Origin: Dehalococcoidia bacterium
GTDB lineage: Bacteria > Chloroflexota > Dehalococcoidia > UBA2979
DNA length: 64,000 nucleotides
Assembly (NCBI GenBank): GCA_965262725.1
Contig: OZ253555.1
Span: 928,001 to 992,000 of the forward strand
Reading direction: 5' to 3'
The notes beneath the pieces were generated by a model. That model saw only the letters and a program-made list of their open reading frames with translations, did no database searches and had not been told where the DNA came from. Of the stretch, positions 37,432 through 47,196 are shown piece by piece (positions within the stretch are counted from its first letter, which is position 1; each line of letters starts with the position of its first letter). The translations under genes and the position numbers were made by a program.

Positions 37432-40400
37432 TATCGGCTCGCGGCGCCGCCGGCAACGGCCGCCACTTCACCTCCGCCCGCCTCCGCGGGAACGCCGTCG
37501 ACGAGGATCACCGCCCGCCCCGGCTGGGCCGGCAGGCGCGCGCCCGGGAGCAGGGCGCCCGTCAGGTTGAGCGGATCGACGGCCGGGACCACCACGCGCT
37601 CGCCGGAGTGCGGCTCCCGCCGCATCCGCCTGAGCGCCTCGACCGCCTCGGGGAGCGCGAATTGCTCGCCGTGCAGCCCGGTGACGAAGCGCCCGCCGCG
37701 GACGAGGCCGCGCGCTTCCAGCCGGCGGAGCGCCCGGAGGACCTCGCGCCAGGGCACCGTGAAGCTCTCGCGCAGGGCGAGGTCGCGGAAGACCACGCCC
37801 CAGCGGTCCAGCAGCACGCGCGCGACCTCCTCTGCGAGCGCCTCGGTGTCGAGGGCGCTCTCGCGCCCGAGGGGAACGGCCGCCTCGAGCAGCGACCAGC
37901 GGCCGGTCGGCCGGCCGCGCAGGAAGACGCGTGGCTCCTCCGCCCGCCCCGTGTGCCACGGCGCGAGCGGCCTCCGGCGCGGCCCCCGCCGCCGCCCTCC
38001 GCCGCGGTGGCGCCCCGCCACGTCCCGGAGGGGCTGCACGCCGTCGGCGGTGATGAGGCCGAGCCCGATCAGCACGCGCAGCCCACGCTCGACGTCCTGC
38101 GGCAGTCGCCGCGTTGCCGCGACGATCTCGTCTAGGAAGAGCGCGCCGCGCTCGGCGAGGAGCGCCCGGATCTCGGCGGCGGCGCCTGCCTCGGGCGCCG
38201 GCGCAGGCGCCGGGCCGTGGCGCCGCACCGCCTCCAGCAGGAGACCGAGATCGGCGCGCGGGGCGAGTGTCACAGGCGTCGCGCGCGAGGCAGGGCCGCG
38301 CCCCGTCCCGGCGGCGGCGCGGCGGGGCGTGAGGCGCGCCCACGCCAGCTCGCCCGAGAGCGCGAACTCGTCGAGCCAGGCGGACTCGTAGTCGGGCACC
38401 CGCGCCGCGAGCAGCTCTCGCTCCCACGAGACTGCCGGCGCCTCGAAGCCGCGGAGGCGGGTGAGGGCTGTCCGCAGCCCCGCGCGCCCCTGGAGCTCCG
38501 AGCCGGGCGCCAGGCCGTGCCAGCGGAGCAGGAAGCGCATCAGCTCTTGCACGGGGAGCGGGGCGATCTCCTGGCGCAGCTGCTCCAGGGTGTAGCGGTG
38601 GATGCGCGCGAGCAGCGCACGGTCGCAGATCTCCTCCTCGGCGGGCGCAAGCGTGAAGCGCCCCCTCAGCACGAAGCCCCCCGCCTCGAGCTGCGCGACG
38701 CCACGCCCCACGTCGACGGCGGCGAGACCGCTGCGGGTCGCGAGCTCGGCGACGGTCACCGGTCCTGAGACCTCGGCGTGGCCGCGGAGCAGCCGCATGC
38801 GCGCCTCCTCGCGGTCCGAGACCGAAATCAGCGCCTCGGCGGGGGGCGCCGCGGCGATCTCGATGCGGGCCCCCAGGTAGAGGAGCGAGACGGCAGGGAT
38901 GTGCTCCGCCGCGAACCACAGCGTCCCGTCGCTCCCCACGCCGCCGAGTCGCGCTCGGCCCGCGCGTCCCGCCTCCGCGAGCTCGGCCAGCCACCGCCCC
39001 CAGCCGGGGACGGCGTCCTCCCGGACGGCGACGAGCCCGAGCAGCGCGTCGTGGACCTCCTCAGCGCTTCGCGGGTTGGGCCACGCCTGCTCCCGCACGC
39101 GCTCGATGGCGGCCGGGTCGAGCGCCCCGAGGTCCCGCTGGTGCTCGGGGAGCGTCCGGCGGAGCTGGACGGCGCGGGCGCGTCGCTCCTCGAGCGGCGC
39201 GTCGTCGAGGTAGGTATAGGATCGGCCCGCGACGATCTCGTGCGCCATCGGCGAGGGCTCCGTGGTGTCCCGCGCGTGGAGGCGGATCGAGCCCGCCTCC
39301 ACGCGTTCGAGGACGGCGCGCGCTCCGTCGACGTCCATCACCTCGCGCAGGCAGTCCCGCATCGTCTGCCGGATCAGCACGTGGTCGGGGAGCTCAAGTG
39401 CTCCCGTTACGTTCTCCTGGCACCCGACGACGTCGGGGAAGACGGAGGCGAGCAGGTCGTCGGCGCGCATGCGCTGCACCCACGGCGCCACGCGCTTCCC
39501 GCCCCGCCGGCGCGGCACGGCGAGCGCGCGGGTCGCGTTCCAGCGCCAGTGCGTCGGCAGGAGCGGCGTGTAGAGCACAGATTGCTCGACGGACTGCTCG
39601 AGGTTCGTGGAGGTCACGTAGCGGAACGACTCCGCCAGCGGGAAGGAGTGCTGGGGCCCCAGTGAGAGCAGGATCGCGTCGTCGGAGGCGGCGGCCTGGA
39701 GCTCGAAGTCGAAGACGACGCAGAAGCGCTTCCGCAGCGCAAGCCCCCACGCGCGGTTGACGCGCGATCCGAACGGCGCGTGCACGACGAGCTGCATCCC
39801 GCCCGATTCGTCGAAGAACCGCTCGAAGACGACGTCCTCGTCGGTCGGGACGAGTCCGAGGCCCTCGCGGGTCGCACGCAGGTAGTCGACGAGCTGTGCG
39901 GTGCCGGCGTCGGGCAGCGACGTCTCCCGGACCAGCCACGCGCGCAGCTCCCTGCTGTCGCCGTCGAGTCGTGCCGCGACGTCGCGCCTGAGCCGGCCGA
40001 CCTCCTCGGAGAGCTCCCGCGTGCGACCGGGCGCCTGCCCCTCCCAGAATGGAATCGTCGGGGGCGCCCCCCCCGCGTCAGCCACGCGCATCGTGTCGCC
40101 GACCAGCCGCCGGATGCGCCACGAGGTCGAGCCGAGGAGGAAGATGTCGCCCGCCGCACTCTCGACCGCGAAGTCCTCGCCGACGCTCCCCACCACGATG
40201 TCGCCGGGCTCGGCGACCACGCGGTAGTCGCCCATCTCGGGGATCGTGCCGCCGTTGAGGAGCGCCGCGAGCCGCGCGGAGCGGCGGCCGCGTAGCACGC
40301 CGTGGATGCGGTCCCGGTGGATGAGCGGCGCGGCGCGGCCCGCGCCCTCGCCGATCCCGTCCGCGAGCATCGCGACGATCTCGTCGTACTCGGAGCGCTC

Positions 40401-41771
40401 GAGCTCGGAGAAGGGATGGGCGCGTCGGGCGAGCGCGAACAGCGCCTCCTCGTCCCACTCCTCCGCGGCGCACTCGGCGACCAGTTGCTGCGCCAGCACG
40501 TCGAGCGGCGCGACCAGGGGCTCGACGCGGTCCAAGCGGCCTCCGCGCACGGCGCGCACCAGCGCCGCGGCCTCGACCAGGTCGTCGCGGGTCGTCGCGA
40601 AGATGCGGCCGCTGGGCCGAAGCCCCAGCGCGTGACCGGATCGCCCGACGCGCTGCAGGAAGGTGGCGATGCTCCGCGGCGAGCCCACCTGGCAGACGAG
40701 GTCGATGGCGCCGATGTCGATGCCGAGCTCGAGTGAGGCGGTGGCGACGAGCGCGCGCAACTCGCCGGCCTTGAGGCGCGACTCCACGCGCTCGCGCCGC
40801 TCGCGCGAGAGCGAGCCGTGGTGGCTCGCGACGGCGTCCTCGCCGAGGCGCTCGGCGAGGCGGTGGGCGACCCGCTCGGAGAGCTGCCGCGTGTTCACGA
40901 AGACCAATGTGGTGTGGTGGCCCGTCACCAGCTCGGCGAGCCGGTCGTAGATCTCGTCCCACTGCTCGCGCGGCGTCACCGCCTCTAGGTCGGTGGGCGG
41001 CACCTCGATCGCCAGATCGAGGTCGCGCTGGTGGCCGAGGTCGACCACCTCGCAGGGCCGTTCCCGGCCTTCGGGCGCCCGGCCCACCAGGAAGCGGGCC
41101 ACCTCGTCAACGGGTCGTACGGTCGCCGAGAGACCGATCCGCACCGGACGGGCGGAGCCCGCGCTCTCGACGACGTGGTCGAGGCGTTCGAGCGAGAGCG
41201 CGAGATGACTCCCTCGCCTGTCGCGGGCGAGCGCGTGGATCTCGTCCACGATCACCGTCTCCACCGTGCGGAGCGCCTCGCGCCCGCGCTGAGAGGTGAG
41301 CAGCAGGTAGAGGGACTCCGGCGTCGTGATGAGGATGTGCGGCGGTCGACGGACCTGCGCCTGCCGCATCGCCGGCGGCGTGTCGCCGGAGCGGACGGCG
41401 ACGCGCAGAGCCGGAAAGATCGCGTGGCGCGCGGCGGCGATCGCGCGGAGCTCGGCGAGAGGCGTCTCGAGGTTGCGGTGGATGTCGTTGCCGAGCGCGC
41501 GCAGCGGGGTGACGTAGAGGATGCTCGTCTGGTCCGAGAGCGCGCCGCGATCGGCGGCGGCGATAAGGTGGTCGAGGCCCCAGAGAAAGGCGGCGAGTGT
41601 CTTTCCGGAGCCGGTCGGGGCCGTGATCAGCGTGTCGCGGCGACGCGCGATGAGGGGCCACCCGGCCGCCTGCGCCTCGGTCGGCGCTCCGAAGCGCGCT
41701 AGGAACCACTCGCGCACGAGCGGGTGGAAGGCCTCCAGGGCGTCGTTCGGGGACGGGGGTGTCCCGGCCAT
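37431..41771 (-). CDS. lhr: Lhr-family ATP-dependent helicase (long form)
   Basis: APTGSGKT, TTPESLYLLLT, DEIH, GLSAT, HHGSLS, ATASLELGIDIG, QRVGRSGH; C-terminal RGGRFVTGLHGEQFA. Confidence 0.92.
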   Translation of the reverse strand: MAGTPPSPNDALEAFHPLVREWFLARFGAPTEAQAAGWPLIARRRDTLITAPTGSGKTLAAFLWGLDHLIAAADRGALSDQTSILYVTPLRALGNDIHRNLETPLAELRAIAAARHAIFPALRVAVRSGDTPPAMRQAQVRRPPHILITTPESLYLLLTSQRGREALRTVETVIVDEIHALARDRRGSHLALSLERLDHVVESAGSARPVRIGLSATVRPVDEVARFLVGRAPEGRERPCEVVDLGHQRDLDLAIEVPPTDLEAVTPREQWDEIYDRLAELVTGHHTTLVFVNTRQLSERVAHRLAERLGEDAVASHHGSLSRERRERVESRLKAGELRALVATASLELGIDIGAIDLVCQVGSPRSIATFLQRVGRSGHALGLRPSGRIFATTRDDLVEAAALVRAVRGGRLDRVEPLVAPLDVLAQQLVAECAAEEWDEEALFALARRAHPFSELERSEYDEIVAMLADGIGEGAGRAAPLIHRDRIHGVLRGRRSARLAALLNGGTIPEMGDYRVVAEPGDIVVGSVGEDFAVESAAGDIFLLGSTSWRIRRLVGDTMRVADAGGAPPTIPFWEGQAPGRTRELSEEVGRLRRDVAARLDGDSRELRAWLVRETSLPDAGTAQLVDYLRATREGLGLVPTDEDVVFERFFDESGGMQLVVHAPFGSRVNRAWGLALRKRFCVVFDFELQAAASDDAILLSLGPQHSFPLAESFRYVTSTNLEQSVEQSVLYTPLLPTHWRWNATRALAVPRRRGGKRVAPWVQRMRADDLLASVFPDVVGCQENVTGALELPDHVLIRQTMRDCLREVMDVDGARAVLERVEAGSIRLHARDTTEPSPMAHEIVAGRSYTYLDDAPLEERRARAVQLRRTLPEHQRDLGALDPAAIERVREQAWPNPRSAEEVHDALLGLVAVREDAVPGWGRWLAELAEAGRAGRARLGGVGSDGTLWFAAEHIPAVSLLYLGARIEIAAAPPAEALISVSDREEARMRLLRGHAEVSGPVTVAELATRSGLAAVDVGRGVAQLEAGGFVLRGRFTLAPAEEEICDRALLARIHRYTLEQLRQEIAPLPVQELMRFLLRWHGLAPGSELQGRAGLRTALTRLRGFEAPAVSWERELLAARVPDYESAWLDEFALSGELAWARLTPRRAAAGTGRGPASRATPVTLAPRADLGLLLEAVRRHGPAPAPAPEAGAAAEIRALLAERGALFLDEIVAATRRLPQDVERGLRVLIGLGLITADGVQPLRDVAGRHRGGGRRRGPRRRPLAPWHTGRAEEPRVFLRGRPTGRWSLLEAAVPLGRESALDTEALAEEVARVLLDRWGVVFRDLALRESFTVPWREVLRALRRLEARGLVRGGRFVTGLHGEQFALPEAVEALRRMRREPHSGERVVVPAVDPLNLTGALLPGARLPAQPGRAVILVDGVPAEAGGGEVAAVAGGAASR

Positions 41772-41908
41772 CGTCTCCTCCCGCGCCGCTGCGACGTGCG
41801 TTGGGGGCGCGATCGTACCAGCGCAGGGCGGGCGGACGGTGCCTGACCGTGAGCGCGTGGCGCACGATGATGGGCGAAGTCCCGCGAAGCGGGGCGGGGG
41901 AGGACGCG

Positions 41909-42844
41909 ATGATGTCGACCGAGGCAGGAAGCGGGGGCGCGGCCCGCGGTCAGGCGATGGTGGCGACGGATGTCGGCGGGACCCAGATGCGCGTCGCCGT
42001 CTACGACGCGGCCGGCCGGCAGCGCCACCATCGCGTCGGCCCGACGCCGCACGAGGATCCCGGGGCCCTCGTGGAGGCGATACGCGAGGCCGTCGCCGCC
42101 TCGCCGCTCCCTGTCGGGGGCGCGGTGGTCGGCATCGCCGGTCCCATCGACTACCACCTAGGCGTTCCGCGCGCGCTCCCGCATCTCCCGGCGTGGGAGG
42201 GGTGCGTCTCCGCGCAGGGCCTCGCGGATGCGGTGGGCATGCCCGTCGTCGTCGCGAACGACGCCGACCTCGCCGCGCTTGGCGAGCAGCGCTTCGGTGC
42301 CGGCGCCGGGGCGCAGGACGTCGTCTATCTCACCGCGAGCACGGGCGTCGGCGGCGGTGTGGTGCTGGGGGGTCGGCTCCTGCGCTCGCGCTACTCCGTC
42401 GCCGAGATCGGGCACACGGTGATCGATCGCCAAAGCGGTGCGAGCGTCGAGGGGCTGGGCTCGGGCACCGCGCTGGCCGAGCTCTCCGGCGATGATCCGG
42501 CGGCGGTCTCGGCGCGCGCCGCCGCGGGCGACGAGCGGGCGGCCGCGCTCTTCCGGGAGGTGGCGGACGCCTTCTCGTTGGGGGTGCTGAACGCCGCGCT
42601 CTGCTTCATGCCGGAGCGCGTCGTGATAGGCGGGGGTATGTCGCAGGCGGGCGACCTGCTGCTCGGCCCCGTGCGCGAGCGCATCGCGGCGGGGCCGGCG
42701 GTGCTTTCCCTTCGCCCGGAGGACGTCGTGCTCGCGACCGGCGGCGACGACGCCGGGCTGCGCGGCGCCTACGCGCTCTGGCTCGACCTCACCGACCCCG
42801 CGCGGGTGCCGGGGGATCTGGACATGGTGGCGCCCGCGGGGTGA
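41909..42844 (+). CDS. ROK family sugar kinase (glucokinase-like)
   Basis: DVGGT, GIAGP, NDADLAALGE, STGVGGG, EIGH, VIGGG; GGAGG before ATG 41909. Confidence 0.88.
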   Translation: MMSTEAGSGGAARGQAMVATDVGGTQMRVAVYDAAGRQRHHRVGPTPHEDPGALVEAIREAVAASPLPVGGAVVGIAGPIDYHLGVPRALPHLPAWEGCVSAQGLADAVGMPVVVANDADLAALGEQRFGAGAGAQDVVYLTASTGVGGGVVLGGRLLRSRYSVAEIGHTVIDRQSGASVEGLGSGTALAELSGDDPAAVSARAAAGDERAAALFREVADAFSLGVLNAALCFMPERVVIGGGMSQAGDLLLGPVRERIAAGPAVLSLRPEDVVLATGGDDAGLRGAYALWLDLTDPARVPGDLDMVAPAG

Positions 42845-42872
42845 GCGCTCCGTGCGGGCGGCTCCCGCGGTT

Positions 42873-44183
42873 CTAGATCGTGAGCGGGCTTTGTGCCTGC
42901 TGCGACCTCACCGTTGCGCCGAAGGGGAGAGCGGAGGTCCCGAGCAACTCCGGCCCGACCATGGGGCCGACGACCGTGTTACGCCGGAGCGTGAACCGGG
43001 GCGGGATCCGCGCCCTCTTTCCGATCATGTTGAGACCGCTCCACAGCAGGTCGGGACGAGCCTCGTTGGGCCCCTCGACCGCGCCGACGCCGATGCGCGC
43101 GCCCGCCCCCACGACGACCTCCTTGTCGATGATCGAGCGTTCCACGATCGCGCCCTCGGCGATGTGGGCGCCGTGGAGGATCACCGAGTCGTAGACGGTG
43201 GCGCCGGGCTCGATGCGCACGCCCGGCGAGATCAGCGAGCGCACCACGGTGCCGTGCACGACCGATCCCGAGCCGAGGATCGACTGCCGCACCTCGGCCG
43301 CGGCGCCGACGCGGGCCGGGGGCTGCTTGTGCGTGCGAGAGACGATGCGCCGCCCCGGCTCGACGAAGCTCACGGGCGGCCGCTCGTCCAGGAGCTCCAT
43401 GCTCGCCTCCCAGTAGGCCTCGATGGTGCCGATGTCGCGCCAGTAGCCGTCGTAGAGGTAGCCGTGGATGCGCAGGCCCTCCCCCAGGGCCTTCGGCAGT
43501 ACGTCGCCGCCGAAGTCGTGGCCGGAGGTCGGGTCCTCGGCATCCTCGACGAGGAGGCGCGTGAGCACGTCGGCCTTGAAGACGTAGATCCCCATCGACG
43601 CGAGGTCGACCGTCGGCCGCTCCGGTTTCTCCTCGAAGTTCGCCACCCACCCGTCTGAGTCGAGCCCGACGAGGCCGAAGCGCGAGGCGTCCTCGAGCGG
43701 CACGCGGGAGAGCCCGACCGTGATGTCGGCGCCGCTGTCGGCGTGGCGGGCCAGCATCTCGCGGTAGTCCATGACGTAGACGTGGTCGCCCGCGAGCACC
43801 AGCACGGTGTCCGAGCGGTTCTCGTCGCGGTTCAGGAAGAAGAGGTTCTGGTAGACCGCGTCGGCCGTGCCGAGATACCAGTCGCTCCCGGGGTGGCGCG
43901 AGAGGTAGGGCTGGAGAACGGAGACGCGGGTCACGTCGCCGCCGTAGCCCCACGGCTGTCCGGCGCCGATATGTTCGTGGAGCGAGACCGGCATGTACTG
44001 CGTGAGGACGCCGACGCGGGGCAGCCGCGAGTTGGCGCAGTTGGAGAGCGCGAAGTCGATGATGCGGTAGCTGCCGCCGAAGGGTACCGCGGGCTTGGCT
44101 CGCTGCTCCGAGAGGACCGAGAGTCTATCGCCAGCGCCGCCGGCCATCAGGAAGGTCATCACCTCGGGCAGGGATCGCTGCAT
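42873..44183 (-). CDS. glgC: Glucose-1-phosphate adenylyltransferase
   Basis: AGGAGDRL..L...RAKPAVPFGG.YRIIDF, WYLGTADAVYQN, LAGDHVYVMDY, FEEKP, YWRDIGT, beta-helix C-terminus. Confidence 0.93.
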   Translation of the reverse strand: MQRSLPEVMTFLMAGGAGDRLSVLSEQRAKPAVPFGGSYRIIDFALSNCANSRLPRVGVLTQYMPVSLHEHIGAGQPWGYGGDVTRVSVLQPYLSRHPGSDWYLGTADAVYQNLFFLNRDENRSDTVLVLAGDHVYVMDYREMLARHADSGADITVGLSRVPLEDASRFGLVGLDSDGWVANFEEKPERPTVDLASMGIYVFKADVLTRLLVEDAEDPTSGHDFGGDVLPKALGEGLRIHGYLYDGYWRDIGTIEAYWEASMELLDERPPVSFVEPGRRIVSRTHKQPPARVGAAAEVRQSILGSGSVVHGTVVRSLISPGVRIEPGATVYDSVILHGAHIAEGAIVERSIIDKEVVVGAGARIGVGAVEGPNEARPDLLWSGLNMIGKRARIPPRFTLRRNTVVGPMVGPELLGTSALPFGATVRSQQAQSPLTI

Positions 44184-44272
44184 AGGCTCCAGTCCCTAGC
44201 CTACACGCCTGGGGCCGTGCAATCGTGGCCCCGGCACACCGGGTGCCGGGTACCCCACCGGAGGAGGATGGG

Positions 44273-45124
44273 ATGTCCGACGCGGAGGTCGCGCTCCCGC
44301 CGCCCGTCGAGTCGCTGCTCACGCGGGTGGTGGGGCGGCGCAGCCTGCTCGTCCTCGACTACGACGGGACGCTGGCGCCATTCCGCGTCGAGCGCATGGA
44401 GGCGGCGCCGGCGCCGGAACTGCTGCCGGCGCTCCGCTGCCTCGCCGACGCCCCCCGCGTCCGCTTGGTCGTGCTCTCCGGGCGACCGCTCGTCGAGCTG
44501 GAGCGCCTCCTCCCACTCGACCCGCTGCCGGAGCTGTGGGGCGTGCACGGGTGGGAGCACCGCCTCCCCAACGGGCGGCGTGACGATCCGCCGCTTCCGG
44601 CCGGCCTGCGGTCGCTGCTGGATGGCGAGGCGAGTCTCCTCGCGGACCTCGCACCGGCGCGGCTGGAGCGCAAGGTCGCCTCGCTCGCGCTCCACTGGCG
44701 CGGAGCCCCGGAGCGCGAGGCGGGAATCCTCGAGGGGCGCATCGCGCCGCGCTGGAGCGATCTCGCGGCCGCCGAGCCCGATCTGCATCTGCGCCGATTC
44801 GACGGGGGCCTGGAGCTGCGGGCCGCCGGCCGCGACAAGGGGAGCGCCCTGCTCGAGATGCTCGCTGGCGAGGAGACGCGGACCCCGGCCTGCTACGTGG
44901 GTGACGACGAGACCGACGAGGACGCCTTCCGGGCGCTTCGAGCCGCCTCGGCTGAGGGTACGCCCGCCGTGGGCGTGCTGGTGGCCGAGGAGAGCCGGCA
45001 GACGCTCGCCGCCTGCCGCATTGCTCCGGGCTCCGTGCGGATGCTCCTGGAGAGCTGGGCCGACGCCGCGGACACGCCCCCGCCCGGGACGCCGATCGAG
45101 GAGTCGGGGACCGGCTCCCCGTGA
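44273..45124 (+). CDS. otsB: Trehalose-6-phosphate phosphatase
   Basis: LDYDGTLAP (HAD motif I), LSGR, DKGSA, VGDDETDEDAF. Confidence 0.92.
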   Translation: MSDAEVALPPPVESLLTRVVGRRSLLVLDYDGTLAPFRVERMEAAPAPELLPALRCLADAPRVRLVVLSGRPLVELERLLPLDPLPELWGVHGWEHRLPNGRRDDPPLPAGLRSLLDGEASLLADLAPARLERKVASLALHWRGAPEREAGILEGRIAPRWSDLAAAEPDLHLRRFDGGLELRAAGRDKGSALLEMLAGEETRTPACYVGDDETDEDAFRALRAASAEGTPAVGVLVAEESRQTLAACRIAPGSVRMLLESWADAADTPPPGTPIEESGTGSP

Positions 45125-46527
45125 GCGAGGGGCCGCTCGTTGTCGTCTCCAATCGGCTGCCCGCGGCGGAGGAGCCGGGACGACCGCTCCCGGCCGGCGG
45201 TCTCGCCTCCGCCCTGCGCCGGGCCCTCGACAAGACGGGGGGCCTCTGGTTCGGGTGGAGCGGCGCGTCGGGCGACCCCGGGGCGGAGCCCGCCAGGCGG
45301 CGCTCCGGAGCCGTCGAGTACGTCGCGGTCGATCTCTCGGCGGAGGAGATACGGGCGTACTACGAGGGGTTCTGCAATCGGGCGCTGTGGCCGCTCTTCC
45401 ACGGCTTCGACGGGCGCGCGCACCTCGACGGGGCCGAGTACGAGGTCTACCGCCGGGTTAACGCGCGCGTCGCCGAGCTCCTGTTGCCGCTCCTCGCGAC
45501 CGGCGCCCGCGTCTGGGTCCACGACTACCACCTGCTGCCGCTGGGGGAGGAGCTACGCCGGCGCGGCTGGCGCGGCCGGCTGGGCTTCTTCCTGCACATC
45601 CCCGTACCGACCGTGGCCGCCTGGGCACGCCTGCCGGGTGCGGCGGAGCTGGCCCGCGCGCTCTCCGCCTACGACCTCGTGGGCGTGCAAACTGGGCGCG
45701 ACCTCGAGGCGGCTCGCGCCGTCATGGAGGCCTACGGCGCCGGCGCGGCCGCGGGGCGACTCGCGGCCCATCCCATCGGGATCGATCCAGAGCACTGGCG
45801 CGACCTCTCCGCCAGCGAGCCGGCGAATCCCCTGGAGCCCGTGGCGCGCGGTCGGCTCGTGCTCTTCGGCGCCGATCGTCTCGACTACAGCAAGGGGATC
45901 CCGCTCCGCCTCGAGGCCTTCGAACGCCTGCTCGAGCGCGAACCGCGCTGGCGCTCGGAGGCGCTGCTCGTGCAGTGGTCGGCGCCCTCGCGCGCGGAGA
46001 TACCGGAGTACCGGGAGGAGCGCGAGCGCGTCGCCGAGCTCGCCGCGCGCATCGAGGCGCGCTTCGGCTCCGCATCGCCCCGGGCCGCGGTGGGGACGGC
46101 GAGCCCAGTCTGGTGTGAGATCGCGACGCGGGAGGCCTCGATCATCGCCGCTGGCTACCGCGAGGCGGCGGTGTCGCTCGTCACCTCGCACGCCGACGGG
46201 ATGAACCTCGTCGCCAAGGAGTTTGTCGCCGTGCAGCGCGCCGGGGATCCGGGCGTCCTGGTTCTTTCGCGGGGATGCGGCGCCGCCGAGGAGCTCAAGG
46301 AGGCGCTCCTGGTCCCGCCGGGCGATGTCGGCGCGCTCGCGAGCGCGATGGCCGAGGCGCTCGCCATGCCCGTGCGCGAGCGCCGCGATCGCTGGCGGGC
46401 GCTCGCCTCGCGCGTCGAGGGCAGCACGGTGCACGACTGGAGCCGCCGCTTCCTCGCGGAGCTGGATGCGGCGCGTCCCGGGGGCGAGGCGTTCCCCCCG
46501 GGCGAGTCGCGCGGAAGCAACGCCTAG
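45121..46527 (+). CDS. otsA: Trehalose-6-phosphate synthase (GT20)
   Basis: VVSNRLP, GGLA, WFGWSG, YYEGFCNRALWPLFH, WVHDYHL, FFLHIP, DRLDYSKG, DGMNLVAKEF. Confidence 0.93.
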   Translation: MSEGPLVVVSNRLPAAEEPGRPLPAGGLASALRRALDKTGGLWFGWSGASGDPGAEPARRRSGAVEYVAVDLSAEEIRAYYEGFCNRALWPLFHGFDGRAHLDGAEYEVYRRVNARVAELLLPLLATGARVWVHDYHLLPLGEELRRRGWRGRLGFFLHIPVPTVAAWARLPGAAELARALSAYDLVGVQTGRDLEAARAVMEAYGAGAAAGRLAAHPIGIDPEHWRDLSASEPANPLEPVARGRLVLFGADRLDYSKGIPLRLEAFERLLEREPRWRSEALLVQWSAPSRAEIPEYREERERVAELAARIEARFGSASPRAAVGTASPVWCEIATREASIIAAGYREAAVSLVTSHADGMNLVAKEFVAVQRAGDPGVLVLSRGCGAAEELKEALLVPPGDVGALASAMAEALAMPVRERRDRWRALASRVEGSTVHDWSRRFLAELDAARPGGEAFPPGESRGSNA

Positions 46528-47183
46528 TCGCGGCCGGAGAGCCCCCGGGCGGCGTCGGCGTCGGCGATCACCTCGATCCGCCCGGCGCGGATGCGCCCGG
46601 CCGGAAGATCCTCGCCGGCGAGCCAGCGCCGGAGCGGCTCGCGCTTGCGGGCGCCGGCGACGAGGAAGAGCGCCACGCGCGCCGCCGCGAGCGCGGGCGG
46701 CGTCAGCGTCAGACGCGCGTGATCGGGCCGCTCCACGCGCGCGACGAGCCGGTCCCGCTCGGCGACGGCGGGATCGCCGGGGAAGAGCGACGCGGTGTGT
46801 CCGTCCTCGCCGAGGCCGAGGAGGGCGACGTCGAAGGCGATCGGTCGCCCGGCACCGAAGACGGAGGCAAGCGTCGCCTCGTAGGCTGCCGCGTCGCAGC
46901 GTGCGCCGTCCATGGCGTGCACGCGTGCCGGGACGCGGTCGAGCAGCGCGCGGCGTGCCATCCCCTCGTTGGAATCGGGGTGGTGGCGCGGCACGCAGCG
47001 CTCGTCTGAGAAGAAGACGTCGACTTCCGCCCAGTCGAGGTCGTCCACCGTGAGCGCCTCGTAGAGGGCGCGCGGCGTCGAGCCGCCAGCGAGCGCCAGG
47101 CGACGGGGACGGAGCGCCCGCAGCCGCTCGCGCGCTGCGGAGGCGAGCTCGCCGGCGGGGACGACGCTCAGATCAGCCCGCAC
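46524..47183 (-). CDS. pgl: 6-phosphogluconolactonase
   Basis: LAGGSTP, FFSDERCVP..HPDSN, LGLGEDGHTASLFP, RLTLT. Confidence 0.93.
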   Translation of the reverse strand: MRADLSVVPAGELASAARERLRALRPRRLALAGGSTPRALYEALTVDDLDWAEVDVFFSDERCVPRHHPDSNEGMARRALLDRVPARVHAMDGARCDAAAYEATLASVFGAGRPIAFDVALLGLGEDGHTASLFPGDPAVAERDRLVARVERPDHARLTLTPPALAAARVALFLVAGARKREPLRRWLAGEDLPAGRIRAGRIEVIADADAARGLSGRD

Positions 47184-47196
47184 GGCACGCGCCCGA

